A DNA stretch of 61,669 bases, filler included, from Nemertoderma westbladi (lineage: Eukaryota; Animalia; Xenacoelomorpha), in the NCBI GenBank assembly GCA_032718475.1. It is 4 parts of 4 records of this genome, joined end to end, with 100 filler letters (N's around TTAATTAATTAA, not from the genome) between each part and the next. Parts side by side here need not be neighbours in the genome. Positions count along the whole stretch, not along the records: positions 24,117 to 46,226 come from JAUCBJ010005623.1; 3 more parts are not named here. One strand, written 5' to 3'. The notes under the pieces were generated by a model that was not told where the DNA came from, searched no databases, and saw only the letters and a program-made list of their open reading frames with translations. This document shows, in pieces, positions 25,626-38,784 of this stretch. A program made the position numbers and the translations under genes. The stretch's first letter is position 1; each line of letters starts with the position of its first letter.

Positions 25626-27689
25626 CATATTACAGAACTTACATGGTTATTGGTTTTTATTGATTAAATGTAATTGGTGGATATTGTTACCTAACTATTC
25701 TTAAAAGGACATACTATAATTTATTGTGAACTGTGGGGCGAGCGACGAAAGTAAGCAAGCTTAGCATACAGGTACCACTAACTCAATCGGTGTGTCTGTT
25801 GTTCTGTTGATCTGTGGGGCGAGCCACGAAGTGAGTGACCCTTAGAGTAGTGGTACCATTAATCAACCTGTGGGTCGAGCCACGGAGTGAGTGAGCCTTA
25901 GCGTAGTGGTACCATTAATCAACCTGTGGGGCGAGCCACGAAGTGAGTGAGCCTTAGCGTAGTGGTACCATTAATCAACCTGTCGTTCTTGTTCAATTTT
26001 AAACGTTAATAACTCGGCCAATCTTCGATGAAATCTATCCAAACTTGGTACACATGTTGTTTGGCAAAAGTTTAGACATTTTCCAAGTTGAATTTCCGTG
26101 TGGCCTTCGAGAAGCTAAGATAATAGCAGTTAATTAGTTAATTAAGTTGATTACGGTATTTTTTTGCAGTGTTCAATTTTGAACGTTAATAACTCGATCA
26201 ATCCTCGATGAAATGTAACCAAACTTAGTACACAAATAGTCTGTCAAAAGTTTAGAAATTTTCCAAGTTGAATTTGCTTGGGGCCTTCGTGCAGCACCAG
26301 AGTAACTGTCTTACAGTTATAATAAATTTATTTATCCCCCCTGAGGTCTTTAAAATGCCTGAGTGTTTAAAGCTCATCTATCCCATCATAGTAGACATGT
26401 ACCGTACAACAAGAGTCCCAGAAGAAATGAAAACAAATAAGTTGGTGCCACTTCCCAAGAAGGGCAACCTAACACTCTATGGTTCTTTTCGGGGAATCTC
26501 ATTGATCTCGATTGCTGCAAAGCTATACAATAGAATTCTATTAAATCGCATCAGGGATCCCATTGAGAGACTGCTCCGTGGAAATCAGAATGGGTTCCGT
26601 AAAGGTGGTGGGACCATGGAGCCCATTTTGGCACTTAGAAGGATAATTGAAGAGTTATCAAAAAAGAACGACAGGCATCAGATTAAAAGGGCTGAACACG
26701 TACTGTACCCCTTTCTTTAATTGATTGGTGGTGTGGGTAAATTTCTCAAATACTGATTTTGTGATACAGTCGCTCAGTTTTAATTTGTATCTCATAACTG
26801 GGCCTCGTGCTGCGCGAAGGCCTCACGAACGTGTCGTTCTGTCGCTTTTTTTGCAGTGTTCAATTTAAACGTTAATAACTCGGCCAATCTTCGATGAAAT
26901 CTATCCAAACTTGGTACACATGTTGTTTAGCAAAAGTTTAGAAATTCTCCAAGTTGAATTTTCGTGTGTCATATTACAGAACTTACATGGTTATTGGTTT
27001 TTATTGATTAAATGTAATTGGTGGATATTGTTACGTAACTATTCTTAAAAGGACATACTATAATTTATTGTGAACTGTGGGGCGAGCGACGAAAGTAAGC
27101 AAGCTTAGCATACAGGTACCACTAACTCAATCGGTGTGTCTGTTGTTCTGTTGATCTGTGGGGCGAGCCACGAAGTGAGTGAGCCTTAGCGTAGTGGTAC
27201 CATTAATGAACCTGTGGGGCGAGCCACGGAGTGAGTGAGCCTTAGCGTAGTGGTACCATTAATCAACCTGTGGGGCGAGCCACGAAGTGAGTGAGCCTTA
27301 GCGTAGTGGTACCATTAATCAACCTGTCGTTCTGTCGTTCTTGTTCAATTGTAAACGTTAATAACTCGGCCAATCTTCGATGAAATCTATCCAAACTTGG
27401 TACACATGTTGTTTGGCAAAAGTTTAGACATTTTCCAAGTTGAATTTCCGTGTGGCCTTCGAGAAGCTAAGATAATAGCAGTTAATTAGTTAATTAAGTT
27501 GATTACGCTATTTTTTTGCAGTGTTCAATTTTGAACGTTAATAACTCGATCAATCCTCGATGAAATGTAACCAAACTTGGTACACAAATAGTCTGTCAAA
27601 AGTTTAGAAATTTCCCAAGTTGAATTTGCTTGGGGCCTTCGTGCAGCACCAGAGTAACTGTCTTACAGTTATAATAAATTTATTTATCC
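25626..27689. mobile_element. Tandemly duplicated ~715-bp Helentron/HINE-like unit (25626-26337 and 26970-27689) with internal 56-bp repeats
   Basis: Near-identical direct copies; 56-bp units tgtggggcgagccacgaagtgagtgagccttagcg...; core aataactcggccaatcttcgatgaaatctatccaaacttggtacac resembles DINE-1/HINE cores (family call is inference). Confidence 0.7.
26333..26679 (+). mobile_element. Internal RTE RT fragment nearly identical to the 5' part of 3109-4571
   Basis: IPPEVFK...PLPKKGNL...RGISLISIAAKLYNRILLNRI...NQNGFRKG; no tail and no TSD. Confidence 0.9.
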
Positions 27690-28759
27690 AAAATTATAAC
27701 GCTTGACATCAGCAGGTTGCTAGGAGACTAAATCAGCTGGGAATCTAGCAAATTAGAAATTACAGTACTGCAGTAATACCATTGTGGCCTGTCTGCCTGT
27801 ACCGGTACTATACTCAATGTTAATCCCTGAATTAGGAATCCTGCAATCAGACAATACAGCAATACTGCAATACCATACTATATTCGGTGTTTTACGGTAC
27901 TGGCTGACTGGTACCGCAGAACCGGTGCAGTGATTAGAGATCACGTATACTGGTAGCCTACAGGACAGGCCTAATTCTGTAGGCCCTAATTAGCCATGCT
28001 GCCATGCTATGCACTGCAGTGCGGAATCCGGGGTGCTGGACTGCGGTCCTGAATTAGATTAGAGGGTCCGTTGGCGCTGTACCGCCCTACTACTGTCAGT
28101 GTCAGACTGTAGAACCGGACTGGTAGCAACTGCCAACTACAGAACTACCGGTACGGTACCGGTACTGAACTACGGCAGAAAATGAATTTCTTCGTTTGCG
28201 GTTTCTACTCTTGTTAACGGTTAAATATATTAATTAAAGACTATGTATTGGTACGACCGACGGCACCGGCAACTGGTATAATCAGATGTAGATGTACATA
28301 CCAATCTGCCAATACAACAATAGCAATAGGCCTACCCCTACCAACCATCCATCGAATCGGCAACTGCAACAATGGAAGTTATGCGGACTAACCAGCTGAC
28401 CGGCATTCTAAGATCAGGTACCCACCCACTACCAGAGTCTACCCAGCTGCCCAGAAAAGTGTTGGAATTGAAATCAAACAACTCACCACCAAGGCCACCT
28501 CTGTCTGTTGACCTCGACTTTCGGTATCGCTGCCGCTATGGGCAAACTGGACTAACCGTAACCAAGGATGAAATAATCCGGTTTTTTTATCTCACTCTGC
28601 CATCACCCAGTGCCCGGCGGTGTTGAAATTGACACGCATTGTACAAGCAGTAGGCCTATTGCTCAGAGTTTCCGGCTGGTCGGGTGCAACTACTGCATCT
28701 ACATTGCCACACTAAAACTCGGGCTCATGAGGAATGAGTGCTGCGTAGACTATATTCCT

Positions 28760-29090
28760 ATAAACCAAAACCATACCTGGCTTCGCCTATTGAACGCATT
28801 ATAAAGATCGTCAGTCTTCGTTTAGGAAAGATATTTAAATACGAAACAGGATGAGCACAACGAGACTTATAATGAAGACGAGTACTGCGTTGGCTATTAT
28901 TATTATATAAACCACCTGGATTCACATATTGAACGCATCCCTTGTTATTATTATTATAAAGATCGTCAGCCTGCGTTTAAGAAATATATTTAAATACAAA
29001 ACAGGACGAACTCAACGAGGCTTATAATGAAGACGAGTACTGCGTTTATTATATTCCTATAAACCACATGGCTTCGCATATTGAACATGT
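28760..29090. repeat. Local tandem duplication (~170 bp)
   Basis: ttataaagatcgtcag...aatgaagacgagtactgcgtt occurs twice. Confidence 0.8.
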
Positions 29091-29427
29091 GATTGGAAAT
29101 AAGTTTATGCTACCCTTCCGCCCCATGGGTGGTAGATGTCGCGCTTATGTATTGGTTGGTAGGAAGGGGAGGGGGGGTGCAGATTAAAAGGGCTGAACAC
29201 GTACTGTCCCCTTTCTTTGATTGATTGTTGGTATGGTTAAATTTCTCAAATACTGATTTTGTGATACAGTCGCTCAATTTTAATTTGTATCTCATAACTG
29301 GGCCTCGTCCTGCGCAAAGGCCCCACAAACATGTATGTTATTTGCATACATTGGTGGATTATGTTGATAGAATTATACATTTTTGGTTGTAGGCCTACTG
29401 TATGTCTAAACTATATCATCATATTAT

Positions 29428-30465
29428 ATACACTTATATAAACATGCAGTCTCCACAGTATTAATGTTGGCATTAATGTAGCCAACACACTGTGTACCTA
29501 ACAGTCATTCAGCAGTAAATTAGAAGAGTGAGTAACTTGTAGATTTTCCATAGGATGCATTGGGAAGAGTTATTCAGCTGAGGCAGTAATAGATTGCAAA
29601 CTAAACTAACCAGTTGGCAGCCTCATCGATTTACACTAAGCCTGTGTAGAACCACAAACTAAACCAACCAGTTAATGTTTGCTTTGTCAGAGAGTGGTAG
29701 AGGGCCTAAACAAACAGTATGGGTGTACTAAGTACAATAATCTTGCCTTTGATTATAGCCTACTTAGTAAAACTTATGGCAACCAACACGTTTTACTATG
29801 ACTGTGTATTACAATTCTGACATTATTAAGCCATATTTCATCATGAACACCAGCTGATATTTTACCATTGCAACCATAACAATGTCAAAAAACTAAATAT
29901 ATCGAATATCACACATAGAATCGATCTGAAATTTTGTAACGCGATTATGAACCACCAAAGCAATGTACTTGCAAAATTTCATCAAAATAGCCAGGCAGGA
30001 AGTGCCTGAACCTGGATAATTACCAGTCAGTCAGTCAGTGTTATATATCCTGAGATTTTTACAGAAAGTATCCCTGAGATTTTTACAGTAAGTATCCCGC
30101 TGTCAAGTGGGCTCCTAATAATTACATTAACTAGAGACGGCGTCAAGACGCCATTAAGCAAATTGGAAGTCATGAATCAAATGTAAATTCCATCAACAAT
30201 GTTTACATGTCAGAAGGTAAGTGTTATTTACCTATGGTCAAAGAGATATCCCACTCTGTAACTTGGCAATTGCTCAAATCCATTCACCTGAATGGCACAG
30301 TAGAGTAAACTATTCAAACTATAATGTTACCCTATGGAGAATCATTATTATGTGGCTGATTAAACATACACTTTTATAAACATACAATCTCCACAGTATT
30401 AATGTTGGCATTAATGTAGCCAACACACTGTGTACCTAACAGTCATTCAGCAGTAAATTAGAAGT
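29428..30465. repeat. ~100-bp direct repeat (29428-29526 and 30367-30465)
   Basis: tctccacagtattaatgttggcattaatgtagccaacacactgtgtacctaacagtcattcagcagtaaattagaag occurs twice. Confidence 0.85.
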
Positions 30466-30466
30466 G

Positions 30467-32765
30467 TCAGTATCAAAGCCTTTGTCAACAAAGTAGAGAA
30501 GACATTGATAGTTTTAAAGATGCTAGAAGCACCATACGAACTTAATGCTTCAAGTAACATCACAAGCATAGCGCAGGCACTGCCGATATGGTTGAGGAAT
30601 AAATGGAGGAAGATCGCTTTCTCCACTTGAGAAAAGAAGGGTGCGGAGCCAGGGTTGGAAGAGATGTCGAACTTAATTAACTAAGAAGCCGAGTTGATAA
30701 CGGATCCAGTGTACAGGGAGGAGAGTCTGGGGAAGGTACCGAAAGCGGAATATAGCCGACCTAAACTGGAACACAGTGCTGCAGATGCACTTAAGAGAGT
30801 GAGGCAATTGTTGCCATATGCAACCGTTGTGGGGACTTCAAGTCCACAGAACAACCGTGGTGGCTATGGAGGAAACAACACCCCTGATGCGGGTAGGTGC
30901 AACCAAAACAACAAACCATCCGACTCGGACCTGGATGAAATATGCAAGACGCTATACAGAGAGCGTTATAATCCAACCTACAGGTGCCAGCTACATAGAA
31001 AGCATGTGCATATATGGGAGCCGACGCATAAGACCATCGATTGCGACCAGTGGCAGGCACTGCTGAAAGAAGATCGACTAGCCTATACAGGGAGATTTGG
31101 GTTATGCCACAGATGCGCAGAGAGAGGACATTAGAAGGATAGGTGTCGAGAGAACCCACCAATGTACACTGAGACTGATGGAACTGGAGGCCAAATGATG
31201 GCAATGAGCACCATGGGAGCAAGGAGGAAGGGAACGGTACTACTCGGAGTAGTACCAGTGAGAATAATTGGAGAAAATGGGCTATCAGTTACAACTCTAA
31301 TGTTGGTCGATAGTGGAGCAGCGTTCACGCTAACGGAGAGTTGGGTGGCCGAGAAGATAGGGTTGGAGACCAGGCCAAGTAAGATGGCGGATGGAGATAT
31401 CGAGCAAAAACGTGTTGATGAAGATGAGGACGGGATGGTGTGAAATTGGAGCAATAACACCAGGGTGCGACTATGGGGCTACCATCGAACCCATCCAAAT
31501 AATAGTCAAATTATTTTTTTAATTAATTTATTATTATTACAAATAATCAACGCCAGGCAACCTACAAAGATCGAGATCGAACAATACCAGTACCTGGACG
31601 GCATCGACTTCTCCATACCTGAACTAGATATCCCGAAAGTGTCTCTCATCGTCAGCATGGACTGTCCGACGGCCCATGAGAGGCTGCAAACCATCTTCAG
31701 CAACGATGAAGAGAGAGACCCGGTGGCCATTATAACACCATTCGGATGGAGGCTCACTGGCTCAGTGGCCCAATAAAGACGAGGATCCCATTTAGCGTGT
31801 CCGAATCCTCAGGATGCATGCTGTCCAGTACCATTGAGGACATAGAGGAGAAACCAAAGATGGGCGATGGGGAGGCCCCATATGGGAAGCAGCCCGAGCA
31901 GAAGTCAAGGACGGGCGATGGGGAAGTCCCATATGAGAAGCGGCCCGGGGAAGGATACCAGAAGACAGGGGCGGGTATTGATCTGGATCCATGTACAGTG
32001 GAAAGTGTGGAGGATGAGTCCAGAGAAAGACCATCAGTAGAGGAGACAGGATGAGAAGTAACAGCAAGGGAGTGGGTGGAGGAGAATGGGTTCGACACAC
32101 AGGACCTAGAGGCGATGGGGTGGAACAAAGATGTTCATGGCGAGTATCGGTATGAGGATGGAGAAGAGTGGATGGCGAGATATCCGGAGAGATGTCCGGA
32201 AGAGACGCCGGTCCAATTAAGAAGCATACTGATACTGAGGAGGTCGAATAAGAAGACAAGGTGGAAAGGGAGAGGAAGTAAGAAGGTTAATCCAAAGGGA
32301 TAAGAGCCAATTACGAAGGGTGACAAAGTAAACAGGAAAGTTAGAGGAGACGTGCTGGCAGAGTGCAAGGGGGCATTAAATGGTAAATTATGCGTACCGA
32401 AGGATGACCAAGGGTCATCAGGGACTTTAACGCCGGTGCACATATTGAGGTGGAGGCCAGCAGAGGTGGCATGTACCAGTGAGGATGAGATGAAGGGCGG
32501 CATTCTACCGCCAAGTGACGACAAGATGAAGTATGGCATTTTGCCACCAGGGGACGATGAGGAATTCTGTGAGGTGGCGGGAAGACCCGATCATAGGGTG
32601 AAGGAGAAGGGAAAGTCAGATCCAAGAGATTTGGAATTGACAAGGAGAGTGGGTCAAAGAATAAGAGGACCTACAGGGGGGCAGTAGTGGGAGAGTTGCC
32701 TGCTGGAAGAATCGCCCTTAGGTCAATGAGACGTCCAACAAATTGGACTGAGGGGGGTGGGAATG
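30467..32765 (+). mobile_element. Decayed, internally deleted BEL/Pao LTR retrotransposon (gag, protease, integrase C-terminal remnant)
   Basis: Gag-like LPIWLRNKWRK...EAELITDPVY with stops; knuckle LCHRCAERGH; protease VVPVRI...LVDSGA; Pao-type AIITPFGW; LTPVHIL remnant; polypurine tract-like gaggggggtgggaa then tg at ~32750-32765; no RT seen. Confidence 0.8.
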
Positions 32766-32777
32766 AGGGTTATACAG

Positions 32778-34071
32778 GCTGACCAGTAAAGAGAAATATG
32801 AAGTGATAGACCTCATTACAGTTAGGGCTCAACAGAAGCTTCGGCTTCGGTTCGGTTCGGGCCGTAAAATTCAGTCCAAAAATAAAATATAAAAATAATA
32901 TAAAAAATAATATTTAGGAGTAGCTAGTTATAATTACGTACATCCGCTGGGTACAAATGTACAATACATATATAGTACATAACACATGTACTATCATATG
33001 GTACGAACGTACCAATGTACATAATAGGAGTAGCTAGTTACAATTATGTACGTTTGATGGGTACAAAATGTACAATACATGCGTAGTATACACGTACTAA
33101 CGTATGGTACGAACATACCAACGTACATAATTTACGCACTAACGCCGGGTCAATGGGACCATACGTACGCACTAACGCCGGGTCAATGGGACCATACATA
33201 TACACTAACGCCGGGTCAATGGGACCATACATACGCACTAACGCCGGGTCAATGGGACCATACATTCGCACTAACACCGGGTCAATGGGACCATACATAC
33301 ACACTAATGCCGGGTCAACAGGACCATATGCCGGGTCAACAGGACCATATAGAGCCCAGCTGGAGTCAGTATTAAGGGTTAATGGATGTATTAGGGAAAC
33401 ACACGGGAGGAAGAGTAGAGGGGTAGGCCAACCCAGATTGTGTGGTCATTGAACAACAGGGTGGAGTTTAGGATTTATTGTGAGAGCTCACATCCTGTGG
33501 GATAAGAATCGTCCAGACGGGTGCTACCGGGGGTATGAGTAGGAGGGACACTTGATGGGACCGTGGGTTGTGTCGGCTAACAGAAGTGCAGAGTGAGAAT
33601 AAAACAGGAAGAGTATGAGAGGAGCATGCGGAGAAGGTGCTGGAGTTTGGAGGAAAAGTAAGAGGTGCGTGATCCAAGTGTGGGGGAGCGAGCAGAGGGG
33701 AGGATGAGTCCTATGGGACTATTGAGTTAGGAGATTGGACGGTAGTGTCCAGGTGAGTAAAATTGTGTGAGGAGAAAAGGCGATCGTCTAAACAGAGACG
33801 CCAGATGACTATTTTGTACTATATTGTACTATTTTGTACTTTTTTGTACAGATTCGTCGGACAGATTAGTCTTACTGTCTTCTGGTCTTAGCTCAATCAG
33901 TCAATGTAATACTTTGGAAATTTAGCAAAGTTTGCTCCGGGCTTCTGCAGCCAATTGCAGAAGCCGAACTGAACCGAAATTGCTAAACTTCGGCCCAAAC
34001 CGAACCGAAGCTTCTGTTGAGCCCTAACTGTAATGAGGTCTATCACTTCATATTTCTCTTTACTGGTCAGC
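32778..34071. mobile_element. Element bounded by a perfect 67-bp inverted repeat containing hAT-like TAGGG ends
   Basis: 32778-32844 is the exact reverse complement of 34005-34071; inner tagggctcaacagaagcttcgg followed by ttcgg subterminal repeats. Confidence 0.8.
33133..33348. repeat. 33-bp minisatellite (~6 units), unrelated to the large array
   Basis: Unit tacgcactaacgccgggtcaatgggaccataca. Confidence 0.92.
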
Positions 34072-35389
34072 TGGTAGACCCTATATGGCTGTATGGTAGG
34101 GGGGGGGGGGGGGGGGGGTGTACCGTACCAGTACCGATACCATATGCTTGTAAACCACAGTACACACACAGTAGCAAAATTATTCAAAATAATTTTCAAA
34201 GGAATTCATAAAATTCAAGACCTTGAAGGACCCAAGGGGATTATAGTAACTATATACCAAACGGGATTTTAAAGATATTTCTTTTTAAACTTTTTGATAT
34301 TGACAACAAGCCTAAAAATTTATACTCTGCAAACAAAGTTTTTGAATATTTTATACAGTGACAAAGTTGGTGTTACATAGGAAAGATTCATACTGTCATA
34401 CACAAGAACGCAGCTTGTATCATATTCTGTCACTAATTCAATTATTGCATGATGTTAAAAGCTGCTACTTCACCTGCACCTTCTTATAGTAAGACATTAG
34501 AAATTTGGGGAAATTCATCAACAGAAACTCAAACTACTAAGTTTCCAGAAGGTGATATATCTGTAGCTGCTGACAACAATCTAAAAGTTGGTCGAACATG
34601 GAACATATACCAAAATTATGAACCATTGTCTAAGGTTTGTTCAATTATTTTAGTTATAGAACTTAATGAAAGCCTAGAACTTAATGAAAGCCCCAATCAG
34701 CCAATGTTCAATTTCAGAGGATACAGTATAGGCCTATTGATTTGGGGTCAGATTTTGGAAAAGCTTTATGGGAAGGTTTGAAAAATAAATGGGATCAACT
34801 TTTTAAAATTATTGGCTTGAAGTTTATTGAAACAGAACTAACAACGATTTTAACTAATCACTTGTTAATTAATTAATTATTTAATTAGGCCCTAATTAAT
34901 TAATTAACCAGCACTTACAAATTGTATAGGCCTAGGTCTCTTATACATACTGGTATCTTACAGTCTTAATACAAATGAAATTAGTCCATTGAAGTAAGAT
35001 TTATAGCTATAATTTAAGAATATTTTAAAATTCCCTCCTTTTTTGAAAACCTTTCTAAAATTGGAAAGGTGCTTCTTTCCCAATACCGGTATCTCAACTT
35101 ATGTTGTAATTATATTTTTCACAACAGAATGATTGGAACCCTATCACTAACACCCAAACAGCCAAACCCTTATTGCAGTATTGGTTGATTCAATAGTGTG
35201 CTAAAGTACCTGCTAGATGGCGTCATTTGGTGCGGTAATTCTTTCTAACATGCGGGGGCTACCATCTGGCAATTCTTTCCAGATTAGGAAAGGTCAGAAG
35301 GTATACTTTCCCAATATGTCAACCTCAACCTTTCCAAACACGGGCTCTTCTCACTATTCACTCTTCTCACTATTCACTCTTCTCACTAT

Positions 35390-35657
35390 TCTCAGGTATC
35401 GTATAACACAGTCGCTATCTCCCTCGTATCTCTCATCATTGGTCCAGTTCAACTCTGTATCGGTTAATCTCAGACATGGATGTACTCGCGGTGTTGTTCC
35501 CTTGCGACGAACTATAACAGGAAGTGAATGCTTCTCGTTTCTAGGGCCGATGATATGGAACTCGCTACCGTTGGATGTAAGAAACTCTGTCTCCCTGGAA
35601 ACGTTCAAACACAAAGTCAAGAATTACTTACTCGGCAAAACTGGCAATGAAGGATAA
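35390..35657 (+). mobile_element. 3' end fragment of an L2/CR1-group LINE ORF2
   Basis: SPSYL...FSFLGPMIWNSLPLDVRNSVSLETFKHKVKNYL, matching the C-terminus pattern of 40717-42585. Confidence 0.8.
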
Positions 35658-36185
35658 CTCGATTTGGAATTAATAAATTTGCAAGTTATGGCTTGGGGGG
35701 GGGGGGGGGGGTTAACACATAACTCTTAATTATTTTTTGCATTAAATTTCAGTTGTAATTATTTGCTCTATTTGCTGCTTTATTTCATTTATTTTTTAAA
35801 TTACATACTACGGTCTACCATATTTTAATCCGTAATGTTTTATTACGTCATATAACTATTGTTTTTTTTTTATTTTCTTTTTAACTAAGTTTTACATATT
35901 TCGATTTTACGACCTATTCGAGCTGCTTTATTTTTAAATTACGGTCTACCATACTTTATTCCTTGTGTGTGTATCTCTGTACTTCATAACTATTGCTATT
36001 ATTGCCTATGTTTTACATAACTCGATTTTATGACACATTTGCTGCTATATTTTTAAATTCTTTCTGTTATATTTTTAAATTTCTAACTGAACTACGGTCT
36101 ACCAGATTTTAATTATTTGCTCTGTTATATTTCTATCTGCACCAGAACTTTATTTTTTATTTTTATTTTTTTTTTTAATTATGTA

Positions 36186-37712
36186 CCGTAGAATGGGGTT
36201 ACTTTGCCCAGTGGGGTAACTTTGCCCGATCTTTTCTTGGTCAATATAAACAGTATTTGCCACCAATTAATTAATTAATTAATTATTAATTTTTGTACTA
36301 TTGTGTAGAACAATAATTGGAGATTATAAGAGTATACCGTTACAGTGATAATTATACACAATAATTTATTTATCATCGTGTTTATGTTGCTCATCAAAAA
36401 TGACAAAATTTTAACCTCCCAAACTTCAACTTACAAAAATTATTTGTCAACCCCCCACACCATTTACGAATTTACGGATTTACGAATCACAGTTACAAAT
36501 TATTTGAACCGCTGTGGAAGGAAAGTAGATGCTTTTATCGATAATCTACCTGGTAGGGAATGGGCACTACTATTTACTGAAAGAAATAAGGATCAGCTTT
36601 CACTTCGTCTGTGCCAAAATATCAAAAGTGCCAGGGCTGCAGTTGGACCGGCAGATATTTCTGCCTACTTTGAACACCTTCACGTAACTTTAGAGGGGAT
36701 TCCTGCCACAAATGTCCTTAATTATGACGAAACAAACATCACTGATATCCCGGGGTCAAAGAAATTACTGTTTAAAAGAGGTGTTAAATATCCTGAAAAA
36801 GTTCAAAATTATTCAAAGGGGGCGATCAGCCTCATGTTCTCAAGGAGTGCAGATGGACAACTGTTGGGTGTGTATGTGATCTATAAGTCCAAGCATTTGT
36901 GGGCCAACTGGTGTCAAGGGGGGCCTCCAAATACACGCTTTGCCCGAACAGTCAGTGGTTGGATGGATGAACCATCCTTTGAGGAGTGGTTCCTGACAAT
37001 CGTTTTGCCTTGGGCAAAGTCTCTGGAGGGAAATAAGGTCATAGTCGGGGATAATTTAAGTGCCCATATAAGTGAGGGGGTCATTTAACAATGTGCTGAT
37101 AACAACATAAATTTTGTGTTTCTCCCAAGAAACAGTACCCATCTCACCCAACCTCTAGACGTGGCATTCTTCAGACCACTAAAGTGTCATTGGCGCCAAA
37201 TACTTGATCAATATAAAACAAAAAATCCAGGTAGCACCTCACTTGAGAAGCAATGTTTCCCTAAACTTCTTGACCAGCTCATCCAGAAACTTCATGAGAA
37301 TGGAGCAGCAGCAAAGAATCTGAAATCCGGTTTCCGAGCAACTGGTATTGTTCCATTAGATTCGACGCAGGTGTTAAAGAAACTTCCAGGATATACATCA
37401 TCACCCACCCCCCCACCCAATCAGGTGGCACCCACGCCATCTGCTCTTACCCCAGGGGAATCCATACTGGTCGCACAGGCACCAGTGGAATCAACAACAT
37501 CCACACCAGTCATTCTGGCAATGGGGGAACCCATTCCAGTCACTCTATCATCATCGACATCAAGTTCCACTGTACTGCAGTCACCGAGAACCAATGCCAG
37601 CAAACTTATCTCGAGTTCCCTACTGGAATATCTTCAGCTCTCAAGAAGAAATGCACCCCATTCAAAATCGAAACGTTACAAATTGGATGTACCAGCTGGT
37701 AAATCAGCCCAG
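36186..37712 (+). pseudogene. pogo/CENP-B-like (DDE_1) transposase pseudogene with left TIR, DD35D
   Basis: ta|ccgtagaatggggttactttgcc left end; NYDET, GDNLSAH, THLTQPLDVAFFRPLK; one in-frame TAA at 37086 joins ORFs 36345 and 37116; 35 residues between the 2nd and 3rd Asp; right TIR not found. Confidence 0.88.
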
Positions 37713-38784
37713 CAAAGTCATAGCATGATAAGTCGCTGATAAATTGCTACTAATTTCGCCGGCTAATACCCTACTAATTTCGCCGGATAAAAGCCGGCTT
37801 TTTGGTTCCAATGTTCTTAAAGGTTTCGAAGGGTGGATTTCGAAGAGAAATATCCATCGTTTAGTAGACTATTAGCCTTCGATTAGTAGTTTACGAAGCA
37901 TATTCGAAGGATAATTCGAAGACAAAAATGCTTCATTTAGTAGACTATTCGCCTGCGATTAGAAGTTTATTTAGCATTTTTCGAAGGATGATTTCGAAGA
38001 TAAAAATGCTTCGTTAAGTAGACTATTAGCCTTCAATTAGAAGTTTACGAAGCATTTTCGAAGGATAATTTCATACATTATTAGAAGCATTTTCGAAGCA
38101 TAAAAAATACTATTTTTCGAAGAAAAAAAATGAAACTGAAACAATCACTGGACCTGCCTGCCTGTGGATGCTTTGGTGAAGAGGGAGGGGGTATTAGCCT
38201 ATACCTACTGTAGTAGCCTACCGTATCCTACCCTACACCCTACTTCCCTATCCTACAATACGTTATATACTTATTAATGGAAGCGGCTGAGTATATAGAG
38301 AAATATATAATCAATATATATTTGTGGGTATCTATGGAAACTTTAGGTGATAATCGAAAAATTTGAATTTGTTAGTTGAAATTTAAATAATTTCCCATAT
38401 TGTCAGCCATATTAGATTATCCGTGTTGATGGATCTATGAAAATTAATTAAATTTAGATGCATTTAATTAATAATTATGCTTCTCTGATGACGAAAATAT
38501 GCATTATTTGCCTGATAATTTATCTTCGTTTTCGAAGACATCAATATCAATTATCAGCCATATATAAAGAATTGATAATATTTTACATAGTAATGGACCA
38601 AGCGGCTCGGCTGGTAAGGAAATGACCATATGCTGCGAATGCTCATCAGATTTACAAATCTGAAATTCCGGTTTCAAATTTCAGTTCCCAGTTACAGTAC
38701 GAACTTAAATTCCCAGATACGAATTGTTCACAGTAGTAATAAGTCTTTCTTCTGGAAAGTGAATCTGAACCCTCAGTTACGTTC

